The translations under genes were made by a program, and so were the position numbers. Below the pieces are notes generated by a model. The model did no database searches, was not told the DNA's origin, and saw only the letters and a list, made by a program, of their open reading frames with translations. This document shows, piece by piece, positions 23,986 to 34,271 of a stretch of DNA of 64,000 bases. How positions within the stretch are numbered: the first letter of the stretch is position 1; every line of letters begins with the position of its first letter. Origin of the DNA: Psammoneis japonica (Eukaryota); assembly GCA_008632985.1 (NCBI GenBank), contig QPGO01000103.1, forward strand, positions 1-64,000, in the 5' to 3' direction.

Positions 23986-25798
23986 TTCTGACTTTATCTC
24001 AACAACGATCCAGAATCCAGAGCCGCGATAGACGAGAGAGCCGCGGATATCCGGGTTTTCCAAAATTTCAAAATACTGTTTGAGGGGGACGCATAAAACA
24101 TGCCAAATTATGTCCCGCAACATCACTCTTTGATCCCGCCGGCTACGTTGATTGGCCGTGACCGATGCCCACGCTACAACTTGTCAAGGGCCTGAAATCG
24201 TGACATTGAAGATCTACTCATTGTATTGTCCTCTGGAGCACGTCCTTTTCATTTCATAACAAAATGGCGACAGCATCCTTTAACACGGACAAAATGGCAG
24301 TCGCTTATGGACTGGCACTTTTAGGAACGACTTCTCTTACACTCGCGACTTTCGCGTCAACTCTCATCCATGCTTGCGGGAATCTTTCCTGCGGAAGAAG
24401 ACGCTATTTGGTCGAAATGCACTCCATCTTCTCGGCAGACAAGTGAAAGTCTGGGGAAAATGATCCGTGACTTTGTTATCCGAGTAAAGAATGCACATCG
24501 CAATCACACGGACAATGCCGTGATGCTTGGATCCTTTTACATCGCGTAGGGCTTGAGCGGAGCAGATTCGATACCAGCCCGACGCATGATTCTTGGTTCA
24601 GCCATGCTGAGTTATGCACATGGAACGCTCTACACTTTTGATGTCGCGCCATGGTGGTGTACTACTGTTTTTCACCTGGCTGCTCAATGGCTCGGAAGCC
24701 GTGTTTGCAAAATTGGAATGACGGCCATTAACGGTGCTTCCGAGTAGATTTCATACCGCAGTGTGTACCAACATGAACAGTGTTGCAAAAGAAAACATTG
24801 CAATTTCACCAGCTCATAGGTTTCACCAAGACTTTAATACCTCCAATCCAACGCTTTGTGAGTTCTTTTGCTTTTCGTCGCTTAGTGTATAGGCGAGCGG
24901 TCGAATACGGAGCCGTGTCGGGGCAGTAAAGACGAAACTCGCCGCAGTCCTCCAGTGCATCCGAGGTTAGCACCCCATCCACCACGACCGCACGGCTGCC
25001 AGATGGTAATGCCTCGAGAGCTTTGGCAAGCTTGGGCAATTGCCTACCATCATTACCTCGAGACCATGTAGTTGCAAAGTAAACCGCCAATGTTGTGTCT
25101 TGAACAATGTCCAACACGGTTGCCTCCTTATTTGCGTTGTTTTCGCCCGATGAATTTTTAATGAATCCTGAATTGCATCGTGAATGTCTCCCAGGTAAAA
25201 TTCCATGGGACTGCAGCTGAAATTATTTTCTTCTTGAAGCAAAAGAAGTTTTGATCATACATTACAGATGGTTCATGGTTCATGGAGTGCTGGTATGATT
25301 TCAAGTCCTCTTGCAACTCGCACGTGCTCTCGAAACAACATGGCTGCACCCGCCACAACCAGGCCATCTCCAGAACCAATGTCTAAATAATATATTCATT
25401 CGGTCGGACTTCAGCGGCATCCAAAAGAGTTGCTGCAGCCTCCAGTCCGAGTTCGCCCCCGTTTTTTAACATGTTCATGCCGGTCCAACGCAACGCTGCT
25501 GTCGCTATGCGAAAGATCAATAATTGCCGCTTGCCTTCTCTCGATTTTTTTTCAAGTTCAAAGTCGTCGACACGCGTGCGGGTCGGAGGGAACTTTGACT
25601 CGTGACTCACCGATTCATGATGCCCAATTTCCAACTCGGGACTCAAACGAGCAAAACGCGATCTTTTTTCTTTTTTGATGCTTACGCTTTTTTCGTTGAG
25701 ATCGTATCAAGATGATACACTGACAACTGACAAGTTCTGTGACAGCACAGTAGAGAGCAGATGAAACGAGACTTATACAGCATCTAACCACGACGACC

Positions 25799-27350
25799 AT
25801 GAAAGAAGTGTTGGTGACCCCACATCCGTGCCTGGCATTGAGCCACATTATGACTTTTGTGAAAATTGGAAACGCTGCTGCGCGCAACGGCTACCACTTT
25901 TCCTTGTTGCTATCCGGAGCGGATGTTGACGCTGTGACAGAGGCAGGACTGGATATTGGCAATATGGATATTCTGAAGTATCCCGGAGCATTCAATCGAA
26001 TGGAATGTCTTGATGTTGCTGCGCAGTACGCGGAGTTACAACCTTTGCAAGTGGCGATGCTTTATGTAGCGTGGGAGTAAAATCTTGCGAGGCGTTGCTG
26101 TCGCATCCTCCCTCTGGGATACGCTGCGTACTGCACACTTTGATGTCTTTTTCGGTGATTTATCGTGGCCATGCTCTTCTTTGGTTGCTGATAAGCTTGA
26201 CCAGGACGACGACTCCTCTTTTGCCGCAGCGACGCCTTTGCCTCGTGTAATGTTTCAAGGCAACATTGCTATTGACCCATGGTGCGAGCTCTATGGAGTT
26301 CCCTCACCCGCAAATGAAATTACTCAAATCCTGGGAACAGGTCACTATTTTCTTCCCGACAAGCAAGAGACCATGTCTTTTGGGAAACGATTGTTGAATA
26401 TAATTCTTCGAGAGGTTGCAAGGTGGACCGTGAACCTAGTCATGCTGCGTCCGTACACGGCGCTCCGAGCTCAAGCTGGACTCAAACCGGTAGATATGCA
26501 TGCTTCAGCACAAGTGTCAGAGGCTATCATTCTTTTACCCGCCGTCTGGGGTATAGAACCTCCTAGGGCTCTTCCTCCCAATTGGAAAGCCATTCATCCC
26601 ATTTTGCCAAGTCCTGCCAATGCCGTTGTTGGACCTTTGGCGGACTTTATCGATCGCCAATGCGTAGACAAGGGATTGGTTTTGATTTCGTTTGGTACGC
26701 AAGCGTCAGTATCATTAGACCAAGTGCACAAGATTGGCCAAGCTGTTGAAGCTTTGAAAGACTTTTGTTTTCTTTGGCGATTGCCATCGAGCAGTCCTCG
26801 ACCGCCAAAGTTTTCACAACACCTTGACAATGTCAAGATTGTAGAATGGTTGCCACAAAACGATTTACTAGGACACTCCCAGATTCATGCCTTTGTATCG
26901 CACGTGGGTTACGGCAGTCTTTATGAAGCTGCCTATCACGGTGTTCCAATCATTGGGATTCCCATGTTTGGAGATCAAGATGACAATATTCACCGAGCGG
27001 TCCGGTCGGGATTCGGGGTCCGCTTGGATAAGAATGGCTTCACATCAAGCGAGCTGGTAAAAGCCGTTCAACAAGCTGGTTCCATGAAATCACAGGCCAT
27101 GAAATGGTCCCAACGAGTTCGTGCGAAATCGGGAGTAGAGGAGGCAATGGAATGGATTGAATACGCTGACGTTCACGGTGTTCAACACTTGCTTCCCATT
27201 CCATCCATGAAAGCATCATATGTGGCCTATTATAATTTGGATGTGGGGCTTGTTCTTTGTACGACGGTCTCTGCAATTTGCTGTGGGTTGTGGTTCATTG
27301 TCCGCGGAAAGTTTGGGACTAAATCTCGAGAGAAGGAAAAGACTTCCTAG
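25799..27350 (+). CDS. UDP-glucuronosyl/UDP-glucosyltransferase (GT1) with C-terminal TM; frame break near 26080
   Basis: UGT signature WLPQNDLLGH..IHAFVSHVGYGSLYEAAYHGVPIIGIPMFGDQ, YYNLDV plus TM. The N-terminal SHIMTFVKIG segment lies in upstream ORF 25799..26080. Confidence 0.88.
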
Positions 27351-28215
27351 AGAGGGCACATCACGCGTCGTCTTCCTTCATGTGAACTCTCTATTCCATA
27401 TTCACTCGCTTGCGCTCAGCACATTATGGACGTTGGCTGGCTCACCGTTTCGTATTATTCTTTCATCAATCGGCGGAAGTACATCGAGGAAAACAAAGGT
27501 CTTTCTTGTTCAGCGAATGCAAAGTCAATACTTAAGAGGCTATCAAAGGTTCAGCATTCTTGCAAAGCTGGGAAAATACCACTTATAGATTACGGAGGTA
27601 CGATCATAACTCCGACCGCCAATTCAGCTTAGGCTGACCCCAACTCAACGGCAATGACAGAAGCAGCTCCAAGGTACGATTGTAAGGGATGCAGGGACTC
27701 AGGACTCAGCGCGACTTAAATATGCTCTGCTCCCTCCCGTCTTCTTGTCGATTTGGGTTTGCTCAGTCGACCAATCGATTCGATGTCAAGAGACCTTTCT
27801 TCTTCCTATCTATCAAAGCCCCCCAAACACTCGGTCCCAATAGCAAAAGGAGGTGGGCTTGCGGAGCGATAGATACAGTAAAATCGCAGTTTGTAGCAGA
27901 GAAAGTGTTGTCTACGATTGCACTACCGATCAGAGTTTACAGACTACTGATGTTGTCTTGAATTGACTTACGCATGCGTCACCTCGAAAACAAATCTCAA
28001 TCCTAGCTAGCAATAGCCAGTTTGATGTCATCGTTGCGAGGAACCGTGTGGAGCGGTGTAAGAACTATTTCATATCTTTTCCAGTCTCGAACTCAACACT
28101 GCGTACAGCCATAAGGTCCAGCCATGCGGTTGCCTTCCTCGACTGTCTGCCAAAGAACTCTTGGAATCAAAGTAGCCGGCAATGAAATAGCCTTCCGTGT
28201 AATCGAACCTTTCAT

Positions 28216-28690
28216 TCACATCTCCATGTCTTGGTTTTCGTTGTCATGATCTTCACTATTTGCAAGGGATGGACACCAGTAATTTGTATGCTGCTCCCAT
28301 CTTGAAGTCGCAACCATTCCGTTGCACATGCTACAAATAACGGATGATCCGTCTTGCATGGCTTGTTCCAAAATGTGTTGCTTTCCTCGTTGATGCAAAA
28401 AGGTGCTTTCGTCATTCATCAATTCTTGTATAATTCGCCTCGCTCGTTCATTGTTTACCGCTTGTGCGTCTTGGGACGCCCCGAGCTCTGCACGGATGCG
28501 TTCCATGGCGGCATCGGCACTTGCTTGGCCGCCGTTGAGAGTGAGCGCCTGCATCAAGGCGGCGAGTGCCTCGGATGGATTCTCTTCATAATTGGAACGT
28601 GCAAATTCAACCAGACCACTGATTTCTTGTGATCTTGACGACGAAGCTGTTTGTTGAGTGTTTGAAGGTGGGGAGTAGTCATATGGGAGT
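28216..28690 (-). CDS. Small protein with C-terminal C2HC zinc finger (start uncertain)
   Basis: STFLHQRGKQHILEQAMQDGSSVICSMCNGMVATSRWEQHTNYWCP (C-x2-C...H-x4-C). Confidence 0.65.
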
Positions 28691-29334
28691 GCACAATAGA
28701 ATGGTGTTGCACCTAATGTCACTATTACTGTAATCACACCCTCGCGCTTGTTCTTCTCAATCACGCGCAGAATCATTCTGTACACAACTTTCAGTACATT
28801 TTTTACGGCGAATTTGGCGGGAAAAGAATGTGCGCCCGCTACATCCACAGGTCGCACAATGCCACTAGACCTACCGATGTGTATTGCATCTCTGGCATTA
28901 CGAGATCAGCAACCTGGCGTCACAGTGAAGAGAGCGTTACAACATTGCTGGAAGGAGGCACAAATGCACTACATGATTCAGTCGAAAGACAGTACTGTAG
29001 TTGTCAGCGGCATCACTGCAGAGGCGACGGCACGGGTAAGATGGAGGAGTGTGTTGTTCGATCGTTGTCGATCTTGACAAAGATTGTTATTACGTTTGAC
29101 AAAGATGATATGCGGCCTTTCAAATCACCTTCTATAATACCGTCTCTCTGCGATATTGCAAGACAGACATGAGCATACAGTCACCGTAGTGGTACTACCC
29201 GCGATACGACAGACGGTACCAAGAATGCCGTCTTAATCTTATCTTACCTGTGCCACCATGGAGCGATTGCTTTGGGCTGCAGTTTACATTTCCGATTCAT
29301 TGCTGAGAGCTCGTTCTTTTTTCAACTTGCTGTA

Positions 29335-30303
29335 TTACCCCTTTTTCATTCTGCTGAAACCTAAGCCTGCTGCTTGTTTCGTTTTTGCTGAGGACGATTC
29401 CCCCAACCGTCGTCCTCTTCCTCGATGGATGCGCCGTTGTCCCGCACAGCGTCGACCCGGTCGCCGCTGATGTTGCATCAACCGAGCGTGTTCTTGTTGT
29501 AGCTCGGCCATCAATTGATAAAAGGCCTTGCTGTGATCATGATGCACGCAATGTGCCAGTTCGTGACACATTGTCTCGCAGAGCTCCGAGTAGGAATAAA
29601 ATTCAAACATTCTATTTTCAATTGTCCGCAGTCGGAGTCCGATGCGGTATTGATACCGTCCCAGGGGAAACACCAATCCAAAGAAACGTACATGGAGGGC
29701 GACCTTAATGGGCATATTGTACCCCAAAACTTTAATTTCTATTTCGTCCTCTTCGATCCTTGTCACTAGGTTGTGGGGCTGACCCGTGATTTCAACAATT
29801 GCGTCGCGGTCGTCCGTGAATTCTCCCACCATCTTAACGTTGTACCCACGTCGTTCGATAATGGGAGCAAATTCTTGCTGAATTTGTTCCAAAAGTTGGA
29901 GTGCTTTGACCTCGTTGGGTTTACCCTTTAAGTGTTGGTACATGATGCTGTTCTTTGAGAGGTTGGTTGAAGGCAAGAGTCTCTTCCAACCAGTCTGGAT
30001 TCGTTTCCACACCATTCTCAGTGTCTGCATTGTAACATGAAGCACTGTAGAGAGTGTTCTCGCTGCGGCGGCTGGTATCATTGTTAGCTTTTGCCTGATC
30101 CCCGGAAAACCATTCGTTTGCGGTCCATTCGACTTTTTGACCGACCACCCCGCCGTGTTCTTGTCGTGGCGAAACGACGACGGGCGGGTGCCAAACGGAA
30201 ACGAATGGCGGGTAGTGACCGGTCGCCTCATGGCCGACGCCGTTGGAGCGAATACTACGACGGCAGCACCGATACATAACCGAATCATCAAGTATTTCAT
30301 CAT
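29335..30303 (-). CDS. WLM-domain (Wss1-like) zinc metalloprotease with N-terminal signal/transit-like peptide
   Basis: ALQLLEQIQQEFAPIIERRGYNVKMVGEF, VLGYN, IGLRLR, TMCHELAHCVHHDHSKAFYQLM (HExxH). Confidence 0.85.
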   Translation of the reverse strand: MMKYLMIRLCIGAAVVVFAPTASAMRRPVTTRHSFPFGTRPSSFRHDKNTAGWSVKKSNGPQTNGFPGIRQKLTMIPAAAARTLSTVLHVTMQTLRMVWKRIQTGWKRLLPSTNLSKNSIMYQHLKGKPNEVKALQLLEQIQQEFAPIIERRGYNVKMVGEFTDDRDAIVEITGQPHNLVTRIEEDEIEIKVLGYNMPIKVALHVRFFGLVFPLGRYQYRIGLRLRTIENRMFEFYSYSELCETMCHELAHCVHHDHSKAFYQLMAELQQEHARLMQHQRRPGRRCAGQRRIHRGRGRRLGESSSAKTKQAAGLGFSRMKKG

Positions 30304-30424
30304 GTTCGTTGTACATTGAACATGTTCGTGACGATCTTTTTTTTTTTCTTTTGGATCGTGGGGTGTGGCCGTGGGTTCGCAGTTCGCGCACGGTGCGCAC
30401 TCCCAAGAGGAGCGAACCGCCGCA

Positions 30425-30670
30425 GAGCTATCTACTTTAGGCCCTACTCTCTCTAGCTAGAGTACCGGTATAATAGGGACGGTACTCTCTACTCTACTTC
30501 CAACTTAGCTAGCTACTCTAGTAGTAGCTAGTAGTCTCTCTAGCTAGCTCTAGAGAAGTAGAGATGTCCTACCACGTATTCTCTCTCTCTCTCTACTCTA
30601 ACTAGCAAGAGTATAGTAGAGTTACTACCAGCATCATAGCTACAGCATGAGTAGAGCTGAATTTAAGTAC
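30425..30670. repeat. Low-complexity CTAG/TAG/TAC/CT-rich tract
   Basis: cttagctagctactctagtagtagctagtagtctctctagctagctctagagaagtagag... Confidence 0.8.
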
Positions 30671-30880
30671 AGCAGAATTGGCGGCAGAGATAGGTTCTGT
30701 ACAACCTGCACCATATATAACACCGGTACCGTAGGACAATAGATTGACAAAGTCTCTTGTCGTTGGCTGCTCTTATTGTCACAGATAGAGAGACAGAGAC
30801 AGAGAGAGAGAGACTACTTAGACCAGCTGATGACGTGTCTTCGACCCATGAATAATAAGCGCCATCTAAAAGTTGTATTA

Positions 30881-33052
30881 CTACGCCTGGTTTGTGTATT
30901 GGTTCCCCTTTGCGTTTACAAGAATACGAATGTCTTCGTTTGCCTTGTTTCCGTCAGCGTACAACATTTCCAATCCATAAATGCCAATTCGAACGTGGGT
31001 CTTGCTGTAATGCTGCGTCTTTTGGTTGTCCTCTCGATCCAGGTTTTCCCTATCGTCATAATCGGGCATATCGGTAGCAGCAACCACCATGTTTTTCTCC
31101 AACAAGGTGAATCGATGAGCACCCATATCCCACTTGTTTTGCTTCAAAATAATGGACCGTCCGGGAATTCGAAGACTCATGGGTGAATCCGAGGGCAGTC
31201 CAACCACAAACGAGGTACTATCCTTCAATACGTCAGCTTGGCCCGTTCCACTCAAATCTCCCGGCTCGTACTGAGTCTGTCCGTGTCGACCCAACACCTT
31301 GTTCACAACACCACCCAGAATACATGGACCAGCGGTAAAGAGGGTGTCAAAGGCATGCAGGATGGATAGTTCTGGATCTGGACAAAAGGCTTGGTCCATG
31401 TCGACCGAAGTGAAACGGTTCCGAACGTTATTCACAATCGTCTCGATTGCCTTGGCCAAAAAGGGATGGCCCGGAGCGACAGCAATAAAGCCGTTCCATA
31501 GACACATGCGCTTTTCTACTTGTTTACCCGGCTCATCCAGAGGCACCATGAAACCCACGTCGGGCGACACGGCCTCGTCCAAGTTGGATTCCAACATGAC
31601 ATCCATGTCAGCATAGACACCGCCGTAAATTAACAAGACACAGTAGCGGAACAAGTCAGCCTTGAAGGCACCGGGATTGAGTGCCTTGTACGCTTGAAGA
31701 ACTTCGGGTGGAAAGTGCTTCTTGAGAAACAACTTGGCGTCCTCGTCGCCATAAAATTTGTACTCCCATCCGGACCGTTTCCAGGATTCCATCAATCGAC
31801 TCATGTTGGGATATTCTTCCTTCGTGACAACTTCAAACCAAGTCTGATGAATAATGCGTGGAATGATGCGATTGGGATCACGGGAAAAGAGCGGTGGATT
31901 CACAACGAGCTCCTTGGCCACATGCTTGGGCTCCACCTTGTCCTTACAGAGAGACTTGCAGTAACAAGAGCACTTTTCATGACACGTCGTGCAGTTGGCA
32001 CCCTTTTTCTCTCTCAAACACGAACTGCATTCCTTGGAGTCGGGCAAGCACTTTTGTGCCAAGAGCATGTCGTAGTAATTGGGAGTCTTCTTGTTGGACG
32101 TCGGTGGGTCCAGGATTTTCTCAGTCACAGTAGCGATGAAGGGCAGCTCATCCTTGGGAAAATTCTTGTCATTGTAGGGCTTGGGTAGAGAGGATGCACT
32201 AGGCAAGACTTGATACGGCAAGAGCGGGTATCGTGTCATGAGCACCATTCCCAAGGACTCATCGTGGACACGGCAACAGAAGCCGTGCTGCTTGGGACAG
32301 ACATGCGTTACAGGTCCTGGGTCTTCAAAGGTCCGAACTGGATCTACGGTACACTCGTGTTCTAATAGCACCCATTCGTCCTTGTCTTGCTTGGATACCA
32401 ATTCATACAAGCGCCTTGGGATCAAGAGTGGAGACGAATCAAAGCTCTCCAACGGAGTCGACACCAGAAGCTCAATCATTTTTTCCGCAACATTAGACTG
32501 AGCTTGTCGAATCACCAAAAACGAACCATGCAGCGTATTGGGAAATGCCTTGGAATGCGACTTGGTCGCCACGTTTTGGGCTGGGTATTCTTGCAGCACC
32601 CGATCCAACGGTACAACGAGCGGCGATTCACCATCAACGTATGCGCCTCCGTGTTGATGCAATGCGCAGTACTTCCACAATTCTTGCGCCAAGTGGAATC
32701 GTTTCGACAAGAGCAATTCATCCAATCGCGCCAAGATATTCGGACGACTGCAATATTCTGTCGACGACGACAGGTAGTCTCGTTGCTCTGTCACACGGAG
32801 CGTGACGGGTTCCAACAGTGGACTCGCTGCCCAGTCTCGACGTTGCTTGGCTGCAATCGCATTGTCAACACGAGCACTAAACACGTGTATGCGATCAAAA
32901 TTTTGTTCTTCTTCTTGCAGACGTCTCGATGAAGCATCCGTTGCTGCTGTTTCTCTTGTTGCAGCAAACACTGACAGAAATAGCAAAATGCCTCCAACGG
33001 CTGCCGACAGCAGCGTCGTTCGTTTCCATGAACTTTCTTTTTGATCCGTCAT
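30881..33052 (-). CDS. GT32 (OCH1-like, DXD sugar-binding) glycosyltransferase with two GT32-like modules, type II membrane
   Basis: N-terminal TM. Degenerate module ELWKYCALHQHGGAYVDGE. Canonical module IPRIIHQTW...GAFKADLFRYCVLLIYGGVYADMD. Cys-rich linker between them. Confidence 0.9.
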   Translation of the reverse strand: MTDQKESSWKRTTLLSAAVGGILLFLSVFAATRETAATDASSRRLQEEEQNFDRIHVFSARVDNAIAAKQRRDWAASPLLEPVTLRVTEQRDYLSSSTEYCSRPNILARLDELLLSKRFHLAQELWKYCALHQHGGAYVDGESPLVVPLDRVLQEYPAQNVATKSHSKAFPNTLHGSFLVIRQAQSNVAEKMIELLVSTPLESFDSSPLLIPRRLYELVSKQDKDEWVLLEHECTVDPVRTFEDPGPVTHVCPKQHGFCCRVHDESLGMVLMTRYPLLPYQVLPSASSLPKPYNDKNFPKDELPFIATVTEKILDPPTSNKKTPNYYDMLLAQKCLPDSKECSSCLREKKGANCTTCHEKCSCYCKSLCKDKVEPKHVAKELVVNPPLFSRDPNRIIPRIIHQTWFEVVTKEEYPNMSRLMESWKRSGWEYKFYGDEDAKLFLKKHFPPEVLQAYKALNPGAFKADLFRYCVLLIYGGVYADMDVMLESNLDEAVSPDVGFMVPLDEPGKQVEKRMCLWNGFIAVAPGHPFLAKAIETIVNNVRNRFTSVDMDQAFCPDPELSILHAFDTLFTAGPCILGGVVNKVLGRHGQTQYEPGDLSGTGQADVLKDSTSFVVGLPSDSPMSLRIPGRSIILKQNKWDMGAHRFTLLEKNMVVAATDMPDYDDRENLDREDNQKTQHYSKTHVRIGIYGLEMLYADGNKANEDIRILVNAKGNQYTNQA

Positions 33053-33469
33053 GACTTCAATTGTAGCTTATGAAGGATCCAGTCAATTATAAAAGGTATG
33101 ATAAGGGAATAGGCAACAGTTCTGAAAGCAGATGTAGTCGGTGTCTCCTGCTGTTTTTTTTTTTATGTCGTCATCGTCGGGTGAAATACCGGCGCAGCTC
33201 GCGGCAGTACAAGAGCAAACTACGTCGCGAAATGAAACAAAATGTAAACATTAGGCTTTACATAAAGCGATACAGAAAATTTTTATAAGGTATCCAAAAT
33301 TTAGAAAGATAATAAAATATTTATGGATACACTAATATAATCATATCCTTTTATATTACATACATAATGCAACGATTACAACTTTATGTTGAATGATGCG
33401 TATTTAACGACTGCGAACATTTAACGTGACTCAAAGACCGGATTATTTAGGATGATCGGTAACATTTAA

Positions 33470-33863
33470 GGGGGGTCATCCCCGCGTTTATCCTAAAATT
33501 ACCGTTGCATTTGAATAAGGTTTTTTATAGTGTTTATTTTTGAATACAAGAATTATTCATAGTCACACCCGATCGCGCACGAAAACGAGAACCATCACCA
33601 CCGCGACCGAAGCACGACGATGATGACAATCATCGATATTTCTCAAAAACGTAGTTTGCCGTCTACCAACTTTTCATGTATATACAATCTTTGATACATA
33701 ACAAACATAAAATAAATGAGAGTTGGTAGACGGACCACCTCCGTCACAGACTTATGGCTTGTTGTTTTCACCACGGTGAAGCACGGTGAAATTCAGGAAA
33801 AATCATGCAAAACACGAGCTATTCGGCCGAATTCGAGCTAAAAAAAGTAGCAACCGACCACCC
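33470..33863. mobile_element. Possible MITE (short imperfect TIR, TTAA flanks)
   Basis: Left end TTAA|GGGGGGTC, right end GACCACCC|TTAA (reverse complement GGGTGGTC, 7/8 match). Non-coding interior. Confidence 0.3.
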
Positions 33864-34271
33864 TTAACATGTCGTAGTAAAACCATTATTTATTGAATGA
33901 CATTTTGGTCGAATCAATCATCCACCCCCACGCTACAAAAAAGAGAAGAGTGCACGGCGCGAACGACGCAAAAAATATCGCGACCGAAAGATGTTTTTGA
34001 CTCTTTGACTGTACGATGATTTTATCTCTCAAACAGCGGAACACATGCTCAATAAAGGCAAGAGAGCAGGACTCTAGTGCTTTGTGTCTGTTATCTATAC
34101 TCCAAGGTCACATGACTCACTCATCCTCCATGTCTCACAAAATCAAAAATGTGTTGCCTGCCAACAACATCATGACGGATATAGTTCAAGGCTGTCGCCG
34201 CAATATGCCTTTTATGGACTGCCATTCCTTCTTCGTGTGCAAGGACCAGAGAACCTAAAGATACAGAGAAT

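Noticed and set aside
24806..25380. Minus-strand ORF fragments as a gene
   Set aside because: Protein-like but fragmented with no recognisable motif, so no product could be assigned.
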